The notes beneath the pieces were generated by a model that was given only the letters and a program-made list of their open reading frames with translations, was not told the origin of the DNA and did not search any database. A stretch of DNA of 64,000 nt from Candidatus Omnitrophota bacterium (lineage in GTDB: Bacteria; Omnitrophota; Gorgyraeia; Gygaellales; Profunditerraquicolaceae), in contig JAQUMI010000002.1 of assembly GCA_028718225.1 (NCBI GenBank), positions 16 to 64,015 on the forward strand, in the 5' to 3' direction. Within the stretch, counting starts at the first letter, position 1; the number at the start of each line of letters is the position of its first letter. A program made the position numbers and the translations under genes. Positions 52,211 to 64,000 of the stretch are shown piece after piece.

Positions 52211-53431
52211 ATGGGCAAGCAGTTGATTGTGCAGAAATTTGGCGGTTCTTCGGTGGCCGATGTCGAAAGAATACAGTGCGTAGCCCAGAGAGTGGCCAGC
52301 TATCGAAAAAAAGGGCATGACCTGGTAGTTGTCGTCTCGGCTTTAGGCGATACAACCGATGAATTGATTGAACTGGCGGATAAAATAAACCCCGAGCCCT
52401 CTGAGCGCGAGATGGACATGCTATTGTCTACGGGAGAACAGATTTCAGTCGCGCTTTTGGCCATGGCTATTCATAAACTAGGTTTTGAAGCCATATCTTT
52501 TACCGGAGCCCAGGTGGGCATTATTACCGATACCAGCCATACCCGCGCCAGGATCATCAAGATAAATGCCGATAAGATTAAAGAAGCCTTAAAGCAGGGG
52601 AAAATCGTTATTGTCGCCGGTTTTCAGGGCGTGACCCTGAATCAGGATATTACCACTTTAGGCCGCGGCGGCTCGGACCTCACTGCCGTTGCCCTGGCTA
52701 AAGAACTAAGGGCAGATGCCTGCGAAATTTACACCGACGTAAGAGGCATTTATACCACTGACCCGAGGATTGAGCCCAGGGCAAAAAAGATAGAAGCGCT
52801 TACCTATGATGAGATGTTGGAGATGGCTTCCCTCGGCGCTCAGGTAATGCAGGCGCGCTCCATTGAGGTGGCTAAAAAATTTGACGTCCCAATACATGTA
52901 CGCTCAAGTTTCGAAAACGCAACCGGAACTTTGATTATCAAGGAGGTTAAAAATATGGAAGATGTGGTAGTTTCAGCCATAACCTTAAATAAAGGAGAAT
53001 CTAAGATTACTGTTTGCGATGTCCCTGACCGCCCCGGGGTGGCTGCCAGGATATTCAACGAACTGGCATCTTGCGGGGTAAGCGTAGATATGATCGTGCA
53101 GAACGTCAGCCACCTGCGTTCGACGGACATATCTTTTACCGTCAGCAAGGCCGCCTCGCCCAAGACGCTCAAAATAACCAAAAAAGTGTCCAAGGGCATC
53201 GGCGCGGGTGAAGTTTTGGAAGATAACGCTATAGCCCGTGTTTCTATCGTCGGCGTAGGTATGAAATCTCATCCGGGCGTAGCCGCCAAGATGTTTGAAG
53301 TCTTGGCCGATAAAAAAATCAATATTGAGATGATATCTACTTCCGAAATAAGTATATCCTGTATAATTCAAAAAAAGTTTGCTGAAACAGCGCTAAAATC
53401 GCTGCATGAAAAATTCGGGTTAGGAAAATAA
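52211..53431 (+). CDS. lysC: Aspartate kinase (two C-terminal ACT domains)
   Basis: 406 aa with VQKFGGSSV, LGRGGSD and TDVRGIYTTDPR. Confidence 0.94.
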   Translation: MGKQLIVQKFGGSSVADVERIQCVAQRVASYRKKGHDLVVVVSALGDTTDELIELADKINPEPSEREMDMLLSTGEQISVALLAMAIHKLGFEAISFTGAQVGIITDTSHTRARIIKINADKIKEALKQGKIVIVAGFQGVTLNQDITTLGRGGSDLTAVALAKELRADACEIYTDVRGIYTTDPRIEPRAKKIEALTYDEMLEMASLGAQVMQARSIEVAKKFDVPIHVRSSFENATGTLIIKEVKNMEDVVVSAITLNKGESKITVCDVPDRPGVAARIFNELASCGVSVDMIVQNVSHLRSTDISFTVSKAASPKTLKITKKVSKGIGAGEVLEDNAIARVSIVGVGMKSHPGVAAKMFEVLADKKINIEMISTSEISISCIIQKKFAETALKSLHEKFGLGK

Positions 53432-53442
53432 AGAGGTTGAAT

Positions 53443-55014
53443 ATGCCTAAAGTAAAACTCTATGATACGACTTTACGCGACGGTGCCCAAGGCGAAGGCA
53501 TCTCTTATTCTGTAATGGACAAGGTAAGTATTGCCAAGGAGCTGGATAGGCTGGGCATTCAGTATATCGAAGGAGGCTGGCCCGGCTCAAACCCCAAAGA
53601 CATGGAGTTTTACCTAAAGATGTCCAAGCTCAAGCTCAGGAATAGTCAGCTTACCGCTTTTAGTATGACGCGGCGCTTAAATACCCGGGCGAGTCTTGAT
53701 GCGAATATAAAATCCCTGGTGAAATCCCAGGCTAAAATCATCACTATTGTGGGAAAAACCTGGGATTTACACGTTACCGATGTTTTAAAGGCGTCGCTTG
53801 GCGAAAACCTGGAAATGATCAACGATACGGTTAGCTTTTTGGCTTCTAAAGGTTTAACCGTTTTTTACGATGCCGAACATTTCTTTGATGCCTACAAATC
53901 CAATAAGGATTACGCCTTAAAGACTCTGCTTGCCGCGCAGGATGCCGGGGCAAGGACGATCTGCCTTTGCGATACTAACGGCGGGGCATTAACTTCTGAA
54001 GTTTTTCGGATCGTCGCAGAAGTAAGAGACAAGATTAAGGTTAGTTTAGGGATTCATTGCCATAATGATGCTGACCTGGCAGTGGCCAATTCCCTGGCTG
54101 CGGTGGAAGCGGGGGCGGATATGGTCCAGGGGACGATTAACGGCATCGGCGAGCGCTGCGGAAACGCGGATTTAATCCCAATTATTGCCAACCTGAAATT
54201 AAAAATGGGCATTGACTGCCTTGCGGATGATAAATTGAAGGAATTGACCCATGTTTCACATTTCGTGAGCGAGATCAGCAATATGAAGCAACGCGCGGAC
54301 CAACCCTACACAGGGGGATCCAGCTTCGCGCATAAGGGCGGGATGCATATTAATGCAATCATGAAAAACCCCAAGACTTACGAGCATATTGATCCGGCCC
54401 TTGTTGGTAACCACCGCCGGATCCTGGTTTCCGAGTTGGCCGGCAAAACAGGGGTTTTAGTCCGGGCCAGAGAATTAGAGCTGGATTTGAACAAGGGAGA
54501 TGCTAAGGCCAAAAAAATCCTGAAATTGATCCAAAGGCTGGAGCATGAAGGATACCACTTTGAGGCAGCCGAAGCCTCTTTTGAGCTTTTAATGAAGCGT
54601 GCGTTCAAAAAGTATAAGAAATTTTTTGACTTGGAAGGCTTCCGCGTGGTCATTGAAAAGAAAACCAATAACAAGGTTACTACTGAAGCGATCATCCGGC
54701 TTAAGGTCAAGGGAGTAAAAGAGCATACTGCCGCAGACGGCGACGGCCCGGTCAACGCCCTGGATAATGCCTTGCGTAAGGCCTTAAAAGATTTTTACCC
54801 TACGCTCGCTAAAATGCACTTATCCGACTTCAAGGTGCGCGTATTGGATGAAAAAGCCGGGACAGCCAGCCCGGTAAGGGTCTTAATCCAATCTCAGGAC
54901 GAACGGGATTCCTGGAATACTATCGGTGTCTCCGAAAACATCATCGAAGCCAGCTGGCAGGCGCTGGTTGACAGCGTAGAATACAAACTTTTAAAAGATA
55001 ACCTGAAATGCTAG
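53443..55014 (+). CDS. cimA: Citramalate synthase-type member of the LeuA family
   Basis: I prefer ATG 53443, which lies 6 nt after AAGAGG; the track begins at TTG 53437. LYDTTLRDGAQ, IEGGWPGSNPKD and HCHND are present. The roughly 525-aa length and these motifs resemble the CimA/LeuA-related clade. Confidence 0.7.
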   Translation: MPKVKLYDTTLRDGAQGEGISYSVMDKVSIAKELDRLGIQYIEGGWPGSNPKDMEFYLKMSKLKLRNSQLTAFSMTRRLNTRASLDANIKSLVKSQAKIITIVGKTWDLHVTDVLKASLGENLEMINDTVSFLASKGLTVFYDAEHFFDAYKSNKDYALKTLLAAQDAGARTICLCDTNGGALTSEVFRIVAEVRDKIKVSLGIHCHNDADLAVANSLAAVEAGADMVQGTINGIGERCGNADLIPIIANLKLKMGIDCLADDKLKELTHVSHFVSEISNMKQRADQPYTGGSSFAHKGGMHINAIMKNPKTYEHIDPALVGNHRRILVSELAGKTGVLVRARELELDLNKGDAKAKKILKLIQRLEHEGYHFEAAEASFELLMKRAFKKYKKFFDLEGFRVVIEKKTNNKVTTEAIIRLKVKGVKEHTAADGDGPVNALDNALRKALKDFYPTLAKMHLSDFKVRVLDEKAGTASPVRVLIQSQDERDSWNTIGVSENIIEASWQALVDSVEYKLLKDNLKC

Positions 55015-57665
55015 ATGAAATTCCTAAACAGTATAACCCCAAAGATACCGAAGACAAGTGGTATAAGTTTTGGGAAGAGAATAATTTATTCAGCGCAAAA
55101 GTAAACCCGGGTAAAAAACCCTACACCATAGTCATCCCTCCGCCCAATGTAACCGGCATTTTACATATGGGCCATGCCTTAAATAATACTATCCAGGATA
55201 TACTCATCCGTTACCAGCGCATGAAGGGCCTAGAGGCACTCTGGATGCCCGGGACTGACCACGCCGGGATTGCCACACAAAATGTAGTTGAAAAAACAAT
55301 TGCGAAAGAAGGGTTAAAACGCCAGGACTTAGGCCGGGAAAAATTTATTGAACGCGTATGGGCCTGGAAAAAACAATATGGTTCAACGATAATCCGCCAG
55401 CTTAAAAAGCTGGGAGCATCCTGCGATTGGGAACGCGAACGCTTTACGATGGACAAGGAGTATTCCGAAGCAGTAAAAGATGCTTTCGTTGTGCTTTGGG
55501 AAAAAGGATTGATCTACCAGGACGATAAAATTATTAACTGGTGCCCACGCTGCCAGACTGCGCTCTCGGATGAAGAAGCGCCTCACCGCGAACTCCAAAG
55601 TAACCTTTATTACCTGAAATACCCTTTTAAGGACAATCCCGATGGATTTATAGTGGTAGCGACTACCCGTCCGGAGACCATGCTCGGGGACACGGCGGTT
55701 GCGGTCAACCCCAAAGATAAACGTTATAAAAAACTTGTCGGGAAAACCTTGATCTTACCCCTGGTCAACCGCGAAATAAAAATTATTACCGATGTAGTAG
55801 TGGATATGAAATTCGGGACCGGCGCAGTCAAGGTAACTCCCAGCCATGACCCTAATGACTATGCCTTGGGCAAAAAACACCGGTTGGGGTTCATCAACGT
55901 AATAGCCCCCGACGGTAAAATGAATAAAAATGCCGGGGATTATAAGGATATGGACAGGTTCGAGGCCAGGGAAGTAATCCTGGAGGATCTAAAGGAAAAA
56001 AGATTGTTGGAAAAAGTTGAGCCGCATTCCTTATCCGCCGGGCATTGTTACCGCTGCCACACCATTATCGAACCGTATCTTTCCAGGCAGTGGTTTGTCA
56101 GAATGGAATCTTTAGCTAAGCCGGCGATTGAAGCAGTTAAAAAAGGCAGAATTAAATTCCACCCTGCTCGCTGGGCTAAGGTCTATCTTAACTGGATGGA
56201 AAATATCCGGGACTGGTGTATTTCCCGGCAAATCTGGTGGGGCCACCGTATCCCAATATGGTACTGTTTAGATTGTAAAAATGCCGCTATGGCGAGCGCG
56301 GAAAAACCGGTAAAGTGCATTAAATGCGGTTCTACCGATATTAAACAGGATGAAGACGTCTTGGATACCTGGTTTTCTTCCTGGCTCTGGCCCTTTGCCA
56401 CTTTTAAGAATAAAGAAGACCGGCAGTATTTCTATCCCACCTCAAGCCTGGTTACCGCTCCGGAAATAATATTTTTCTGGGTAGCCAGGATGATCATGGC
56501 GGGCCTGGAATTCCAGAATGATATTCCCTTTAAGGATGTCTATATCCACGGCACAGTGCGTGATGTTGAAGGAAAAAAGATGTCCAAATCTTTAGGAAAT
56601 ATTATTGACCCCTTAGAGATCATTAATGAATACGGCGCGGATGCTTTGCGCTATAGCCTTATCGCGATAACCGCGCAGGGCCAGGACGTATATTTATCCA
56701 AAGAGAGGTTTGAACAGGGCAGGAACTTTGCTAATAAGATCTGGAACGCTTCCCGGTTTATTTTGATGAATTTAGAAAACGCGGGGCAGTCCCCTTCGGG
56801 GACAGTCCCGGCGAGGACTGACTTATGCGTATTTTTTAAAAAGGAAGAGTTAAACCTAGCTAACCGCTGGATTTTAAGCAGATTTTATTCTACGCTTAAA
56901 GGTGTAGGGAAAAACCTGGAGCGTTACCAGTTCAATGAAGCGGCAAGTTTGCTCTACGGATTTTTCTGGCATGAGTTTTGCGACTGGTACCTGGAGATAA
57001 TCAAGGCGGATATACAAAATCCCCATAACCAGATGGTGATGTATAAAATACTGGAAAAATCTTTAAGGGCCATGCATCCTTTTATGCCTTTTATTACCGA
57101 AGAGCTTTGGCAGAGGCTTTTCCACGAAGGAAATTCAATTATGGTTCAATCTTGGCCGCACCTCCAGGAGGATATCATTGACCTAAGAAGCGAAAAAATC
57201 ATGTCTGAAGTTTTAGAGATTATTACCGGCATCAGGAACATGCGTTTAGAATTAGATATTCTGCCCCATGCGGATAATATCGCGGCGAAGGTCTTTACTG
57301 CAAATAAGCATAAACGAGAAGTGCTGGAAAATTTTAGCGGGCAGATTAAATCCCTGGCCAGGTTAAAACAACTCACTATCTTAAGCGAATATAAACGCGT
57401 TTCCGGAGAATTTGCCAGCGTGGTAAAGGATACGCATATTGTTATACCCCTTTCGGGAGTAATTGACCTGAAAAAACATAAAGAAAAGATAACTACTAAA
57501 ATCAAGAAAGCCGAGGCCGAAATAAACACAAAAGAAAAAATGCTCGGAGATAAGAATTTTTTAAAAAGAGCTCCTGGTGAAATTGTGGAAAAAGAAAAAG
57601 AGAAATTAAAGAACCTAAAAGAACAGATACAAAAACTAAAAGGAGTGTATGATGCCCTTAAATAA
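55008..57665 (+). CDS. valS: Valine--tRNA ligase
   Basis: 885 aa with the HIGH motif (LHMGHA), KMSKS and a C-terminal coiled coil. Confidence 0.97.
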   Translation: MLDEIPKQYNPKDTEDKWYKFWEENNLFSAKVNPGKKPYTIVIPPPNVTGILHMGHALNNTIQDILIRYQRMKGLEALWMPGTDHAGIATQNVVEKTIAKEGLKRQDLGREKFIERVWAWKKQYGSTIIRQLKKLGASCDWERERFTMDKEYSEAVKDAFVVLWEKGLIYQDDKIINWCPRCQTALSDEEAPHRELQSNLYYLKYPFKDNPDGFIVVATTRPETMLGDTAVAVNPKDKRYKKLVGKTLILPLVNREIKIITDVVVDMKFGTGAVKVTPSHDPNDYALGKKHRLGFINVIAPDGKMNKNAGDYKDMDRFEAREVILEDLKEKRLLEKVEPHSLSAGHCYRCHTIIEPYLSRQWFVRMESLAKPAIEAVKKGRIKFHPARWAKVYLNWMENIRDWCISRQIWWGHRIPIWYCLDCKNAAMASAEKPVKCIKCGSTDIKQDEDVLDTWFSSWLWPFATFKNKEDRQYFYPTSSLVTAPEIIFFWVARMIMAGLEFQNDIPFKDVYIHGTVRDVEGKKMSKSLGNIIDPLEIINEYGADALRYSLIAITAQGQDVYLSKERFEQGRNFANKIWNASRFILMNLENAGQSPSGTVPARTDLCVFFKKEELNLANRWILSRFYSTLKGVGKNLERYQFNEAASLLYGFFWHEFCDWYLEIIKADIQNPHNQMVMYKILEKSLRAMHPFMPFITEELWQRLFHEGNSIMVQSWPHLQEDIIDLRSEKIMSEVLEIITGIRNMRLELDILPHADNIAAKVFTANKHKREVLENFSGQIKSLARLKQLTILSEYKRVSGEFASVVKDTHIVIPLSGVIDLKKHKEKITTKIKKAEAEINTKEKMLGDKNFLKRAPGEIVEKEKEKLKNLKEQIQKLKGVYDALK

Positions 57666-58533
57666 GCATTTTCTTTCTATGGGCGAGCCCAAGCTTGACC
57701 AGGAAAAATTAGATTATATTGTTCGCCACGCTTTAATCGAAGATATCGGCAGGGGAGATATCACTACGCAACTGACTATCCCCAAAGATAAAACAATCAC
57801 TGCCCATATCCTAGTCAAGGAAAAAGCGGTTATCTGCGGAATTGATGTAGCTAAAAATGTCTTTAAAGCAATTGATTCTGCAATTATATTCAAGCCTATG
57901 GTTGAAGAGGGCGAAGTCGTTAAGCCGGGTAAAGTGATTGCCCGGATTTCGGGAAAAGCCACCAGTATTTTGAGCTCAGAGAGGGTCGCCCTTAACCTAT
58001 TAAGCATGCTTTCGGGGATTGCCACCAAGACCCGGGAATACGTGGAACAGATTGAGCCTTACAAAACTAAAATTACCGATACCCGTAAGACGCTCCCCGG
58101 ATTAAGGGAATTGCAAAAATATGCCGTACGGGTCGGCGGGGGGCATAACCACCGCATGGGGCTGGATGAAATGATCTTAATGAAGGATAACCATATTAAG
58201 GTTACTGAGGGCTATGAAAAATTACCCAGCGTGCCTAAAGGTTTTAAAATTGAAATAGAAGTCCAGAATCTGGATGAATTCCGGCACGCGCTCTACTTTA
58301 AGCCGGATGTAATCATGCTGGACAATATGAGCCTGGAAGATATAAAAGAGGCGATAAAAATCCGTAATAATACTGAATTCAAGAGCCACCATGGCCCAAC
58401 TATGCTGGAAGCCAGCGGAGGAGTTGATTTTGATTCCGTAAAAAAGATTGCCGCTACGGGAGTGGATATTATATCTATCGGCGAATTGACCCATTCGGTT
58501 AAAGCCGTAGATATGAGTCTAGAGGTTAAGTAA
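57649..58533 (+). CDS. nadC: Nicotinate-nucleotide pyrophosphorylase (quinolinate phosphoribosyltransferase)
   Basis: ALIEDIGRGDITT, TRKTLPGLR and HRMGLDE are present. The start is uncertain: ATG 57649, 57652 or 57679. Confidence 0.9.
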   Translation: MMPLNKHFLSMGEPKLDQEKLDYIVRHALIEDIGRGDITTQLTIPKDKTITAHILVKEKAVICGIDVAKNVFKAIDSAIIFKPMVEEGEVVKPGKVIARISGKATSILSSERVALNLLSMLSGIATKTREYVEQIEPYKTKITDTRKTLPGLRELQKYAVRVGGGHNHRMGLDEMILMKDNHIKVTEGYEKLPSVPKGFKIEIEVQNLDEFRHALYFKPDVIMLDNMSLEDIKEAIKIRNNTEFKSHHGPTMLEASGGVDFDSVKKIAATGVDIISIGELTHSVKAVDMSLEVK

Positions 58534-58534
58534 G

Positions 58535-60491
<1,957 letters not shown>

Positions 60492-60508
<17 letters not shown>

Positions 60509-61235
60509 TGTAGGCAACACTAATATCGCATTTGGAATATTTTCCGGGAAGAATGAAATTATCCAGACCTTTAATATCCCTACCGGAAATTATACCCTGA
60601 ATAAATTAAGGAGAAGCCTGCGCAAATCCAAAATTCATAATGCTATAATCTGCAGCGTTGTCCCTAAGGTAAGCCGAAAGATAGAAAAAGATTTAAGGAA
60701 TTTTTTAGGCAGGCAGCCTTATATTATAGGTAAGCATATCCGCGTCCCCGTAAAAAACTTATACCGGAGTCCTCAAGCTGTCGGGCAGGACCGCCTGGTC
60801 AATGCCTACGCCGGAATTAGGCTCTACGGTGCGCCGCTGGTAGTTGTTGATTTTGGTACCGCAGTTACTTTTGATGCCATATCCAAAAAAAAAGAATACC
60901 TCGGGGGGATGATCCTGCCAGGGTTAGGCATTTCTTTAGAGGCCTTAAACCAGCGCACCGCCCTGTTACCTAAAATCGAGCTAGAGGAGCCCAAAACGTT
61001 TATCGGGCGGGATACCAAGAACAGCATGCTTAGCGGGGTTGTCTATGGATTTAGCGCTTTAACTGACAGCTTGCTAGCGCGCATAAAGGATAAGCTGGGT
61101 AAAGGAACAAAGGCTATCGGCACCGGAGGCAATATCGGCTTAATTTCCAAATATTGCCAGGTTATGGACGGCAAAGATACCCGGCTGACCCTTAAGGGAT
61201 TGTATATGCTTTTTCTCCAGCAAAAAAATACTTGA
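60492..61235 (+). CDS. coaX: Type III pantothenate kinase
   Basis: 247 aa with MLLAVDVGNTN and VVDFGTAVTFD. Confidence 0.92.
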
Positions 61236-61259
61236 CAAGATTTTTTTTTAAATTATAAT
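61232..61259 (+). promoter_or_regulatory. Sigma70-type promoter of groESL
   Basis: TTGACA (61232-37), a 16-nt T-rich spacer, TATAAT (61254-59). The -35 element overlaps the coaX stop. Confidence 0.65.
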
Positions 61260-61285
61260 TAGCACTCTTGAGGAATAAGTGCTAA
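61259..61285 (+). promoter_or_regulatory. CIRCE operator (HrcA binding site)
   Basis: TTAGCACTC-N9-AAGTGCTAA against the consensus TTAGCACTC-N9-GAGTGCTAA (one mismatch), immediately downstream of the -10 element. Confidence 0.88.
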
Positions 61286-61314
61286 TATAAACCAATTTAA
61301 GGGAGGTGGTAAGT

Positions 61315-61605
61315 ATGGATATTAAACCATTGGGAGATCGCGTTGTAGTTAAGCCTTTGGAAGCAGAGGCTAAGACAAAAGGCGGAATAGTCCTGCCGGA
61401 TACGGCAAAAGAAAAACCGCAAGAGGGAAAGGTTGTAGCAGTAGGTAAGGGTAAAGTTTTAGAGAATGGGACAATTTCAACTCCGGAAGTCAAGGTAGGC
61501 GACAAGGTATTATACGGAAAATATTCCGGTAATGAAATCACTACCAAAGAAGGTGAAGAATTACTGATTATGCGCGAAGAAGATATCTTAGCGATAATAA
61601 AATAA
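61315..61605 (+). CDS. groES: Co-chaperonin GroES
   Basis: The track starts at GTG 61306. I prefer ATG 61315 ([14 protein letters not shown]), 8 nt after GGGAGG. Confidence 0.95.
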   Translation: MDIKPLGDRVVVKPLEAEAKTKGGIVLPDTAKEKPQEGKVVAVGKGKVLENGTISTPEVKVGDKVLYGKYSGNEITTKEGEELLIMREEDILAIIK

Positions 61606-61660
61606 GACACCCGGCCTTATTAGAATGGCCGGTGTTGTTTCTGTAAACAAGGAGGGTTTG

Positions 61661-63325
<1,665 letters not shown>

Positions 63326-63350
63326 TCCCAAACGCTAATACGAAGTAACT

Positions 63351-63386
63351 AAGGGCGGGAATTGAAAAATTCCCGCCCTTTTTTAT
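63351..63386 (+). terminator. Rho-independent terminator after groEL
   Basis: AAGGGCGGGAATT-GAAA-AATTCCCGCCCTT, a perfect 13-bp stem, followed by TTTTAT. Confidence 0.9.
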
Positions 63387-63407
63387 ATTCATAACCTCCT
63401 TAATCTG

Positions 63408-63416
63408 TGTTAAAAT
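63408..63416 (+). promoter_or_regulatory. Extended -10 promoter element TGtTAAAAT for pilin gene 2
   Basis: TG at 63408-09 and TAAAAT at 63411-16. The ATG at 63426 is 9 nt downstream, with no SD in between. Confidence 0.45.
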
Positions 63417-63425
63417 AAAAATAAA

Positions 63426-63842
63426 ATGAAACAAGGAAATAAAGCCTTTACCTTAATTGAACTCATCATTGTCGTAGTAATTATCGGTATCCTCGCCCTG
63501 GTCGCCATCCCGCGCTACTTCGCCAATGTAACCAAGGCCCAAAAAAACGCAGTATACGCTAATTTAAATACCATAGCCCGCGCAGAAATGGCCTATTATG
63601 CAGCTTATGGTAGTTATCTCGCCTACGGCGCTTGGCCCATTCAAGTAATTATTGATGGAGATACTATTGTAGACCTGGATAACCCCACTAACGCAAATTG
63701 GGAGTATACTGTGGGCCTGGCGGGTGATAGCTGCGTCGCACCTGACCGGACAGTAGCGGTGGCCTATAAACAACCGGACAATAGCTGCTACTACGCACTT
63801 TGTGTAGTAAGCGGTGCTTCTTATCAAACTTGCACTCCCTAA
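63426..63842 (+). CDS. Type IV pilin-like protein, paralog 2
   Basis: 138 aa. MKQGNKA/FTLIELIIVVVIIGILALVAIPRY, four Cys, ends in TCTP. Collinear with the pilin at 29016-29423. Confidence 0.85.
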   Translation: MKQGNKAFTLIELIIVVVIIGILALVAIPRYFANVTKAQKNAVYANLNTIARAEMAYYAAYGSYLAYGAWPIQVIIDGDTIVDLDNPTNANWEYTVGLAGDSCVAPDRTVAVAYKQPDNSCYYALCVVSGASYQTCTP

Positions 63843-63871
63843 TCTAAAAAACTCCTGCTTGAAAATAATCA

Positions 63872-63900
63872 TTGACAAATTGGCTTACGAGGTGTAAAAT
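63872..63900 (+). promoter_or_regulatory. Sigma70-type promoter for the gene starting at the window edge
   Basis: TTGACA (63872-77), a 17-nt spacer ending in TG, TAAAAT (63895-900). Downstream, AGAGGAGAG precedes an ATG at 63994, where the window ends. Confidence 0.6.
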
Positions 63901-64000
63901 TTTATATCCTTTCGCTAAAACTATTCAAAAAAGAGGAAAAAATTCGTAACTTATTGTTAAATAATAACTTATATATTAGAGGAGAGATCTAAAATGGCAG

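Noticed and set aside
56783-56820. GC-rich mini-hairpins and a direct repeat (CAGTCCC twice; GTCCCC-TTC-GGGGAC) inside valS.
   Set aside because: The stems are short (6 bp or less) and imperfect. They sit in a segment between LMN and ANRWIL that varies in length among ValS proteins. Unlike the gpsA palindrome, there is no exact symmetry and no clear insertion boundary.

Overview
The window is a very compact bacterial chromosome segment. I call about 85 genes and all of them lie on the + strand. Many neighbouring genes overlap at start/stop (ATGA, TAATG, GTGA), and only about ten intergenic gaps exceed 35 nt. I judge every minus-strand ORF in the track to be an antisense shadow.

Gene content in order:
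- (1) fusA 3' end, tuf, and a complete S10/spc/alpha ribosomal super-operon (rpsJ to rplQ) that includes secY, adk, map, infA, rpmJ and rpoA but has no rpmD.
- (2) A central-metabolism block: an aminotransferase; a LeuCD/HacAB-type dehydratase whose two subunit genes are separated by pilT; an isocitrate-dehydrogenase-like gene; mdh; lpd; lipB; and a free lipoyl domain.
- (3) A GAF/HD-GYP c-di-GMP phosphodiesterase followed by three glycolipid/acyltransferase genes and cobO.
- (4) A corrinoid salvage regulon. A cobalamin riboswitch precedes btuFCD-cobC-cobU-cobT-cobS plus a Dph6/DUF71-like PP-loop ATPase. A second, differently built cobalamin element precedes btuB, which is followed by a terminator and a tonB-like gene.
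- (5) ftsH-folP-cdaA, a 46-aa CdaR-like stub, pdxJ-acpS-nnrD, then tRNA-Thr, tRNA-Tyr and tRNA-Gly.
- (6) A methanogen-type ThyA-like gene, three stand-alone PilZ genes threaded around gpsA and tRNA-Pro, then hom, thrC, a CoaB-like gene, an apgM-like gene, lysC, cimA, valS, nadC, uvrB and coaX.
- (7) A sigma70-like promoter plus CIRCE operator, groES, groEL and a terminator.
- (8) Two diverged orphan type IV pilin paralogs, at 29.0 kb and 63.4 kb.

I found no rRNA, CRISPR array, transposase, integrase or phage gene.

The organism looks Gram-negative (TonB-dependent receptor, TonB-like protein, LpxL-family acyltransferase). It carries an unusual EF-Tu switch-I sequence that I associate, from memory, with planctomycete/PVC-type EF-Tu, so an uncultivated PVC-related lineage is my guess, not a demonstrated fact.

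Most of the window is housekeeping. The items I consider most worth follow-up are:
- the PP-loop (diphthine-ammonia-ligase-like) gene inside the B12 riboswitch operon;
- pilT splitting the dehydratase subunit genes;
- the PilZ genes translationally coupled to biosynthetic genes;
- the thrB-less threonine operon;
- a 28-bp perfect palindrome inserted in-frame in gpsA;
- the near-leaderless extended -10 promoters of the pilin and tonB-like genes.

Coordinates derived by hand (tRNAs, riboswitches, promoters, terminators) may be off by a base or two. No database search or folding computation was possible.
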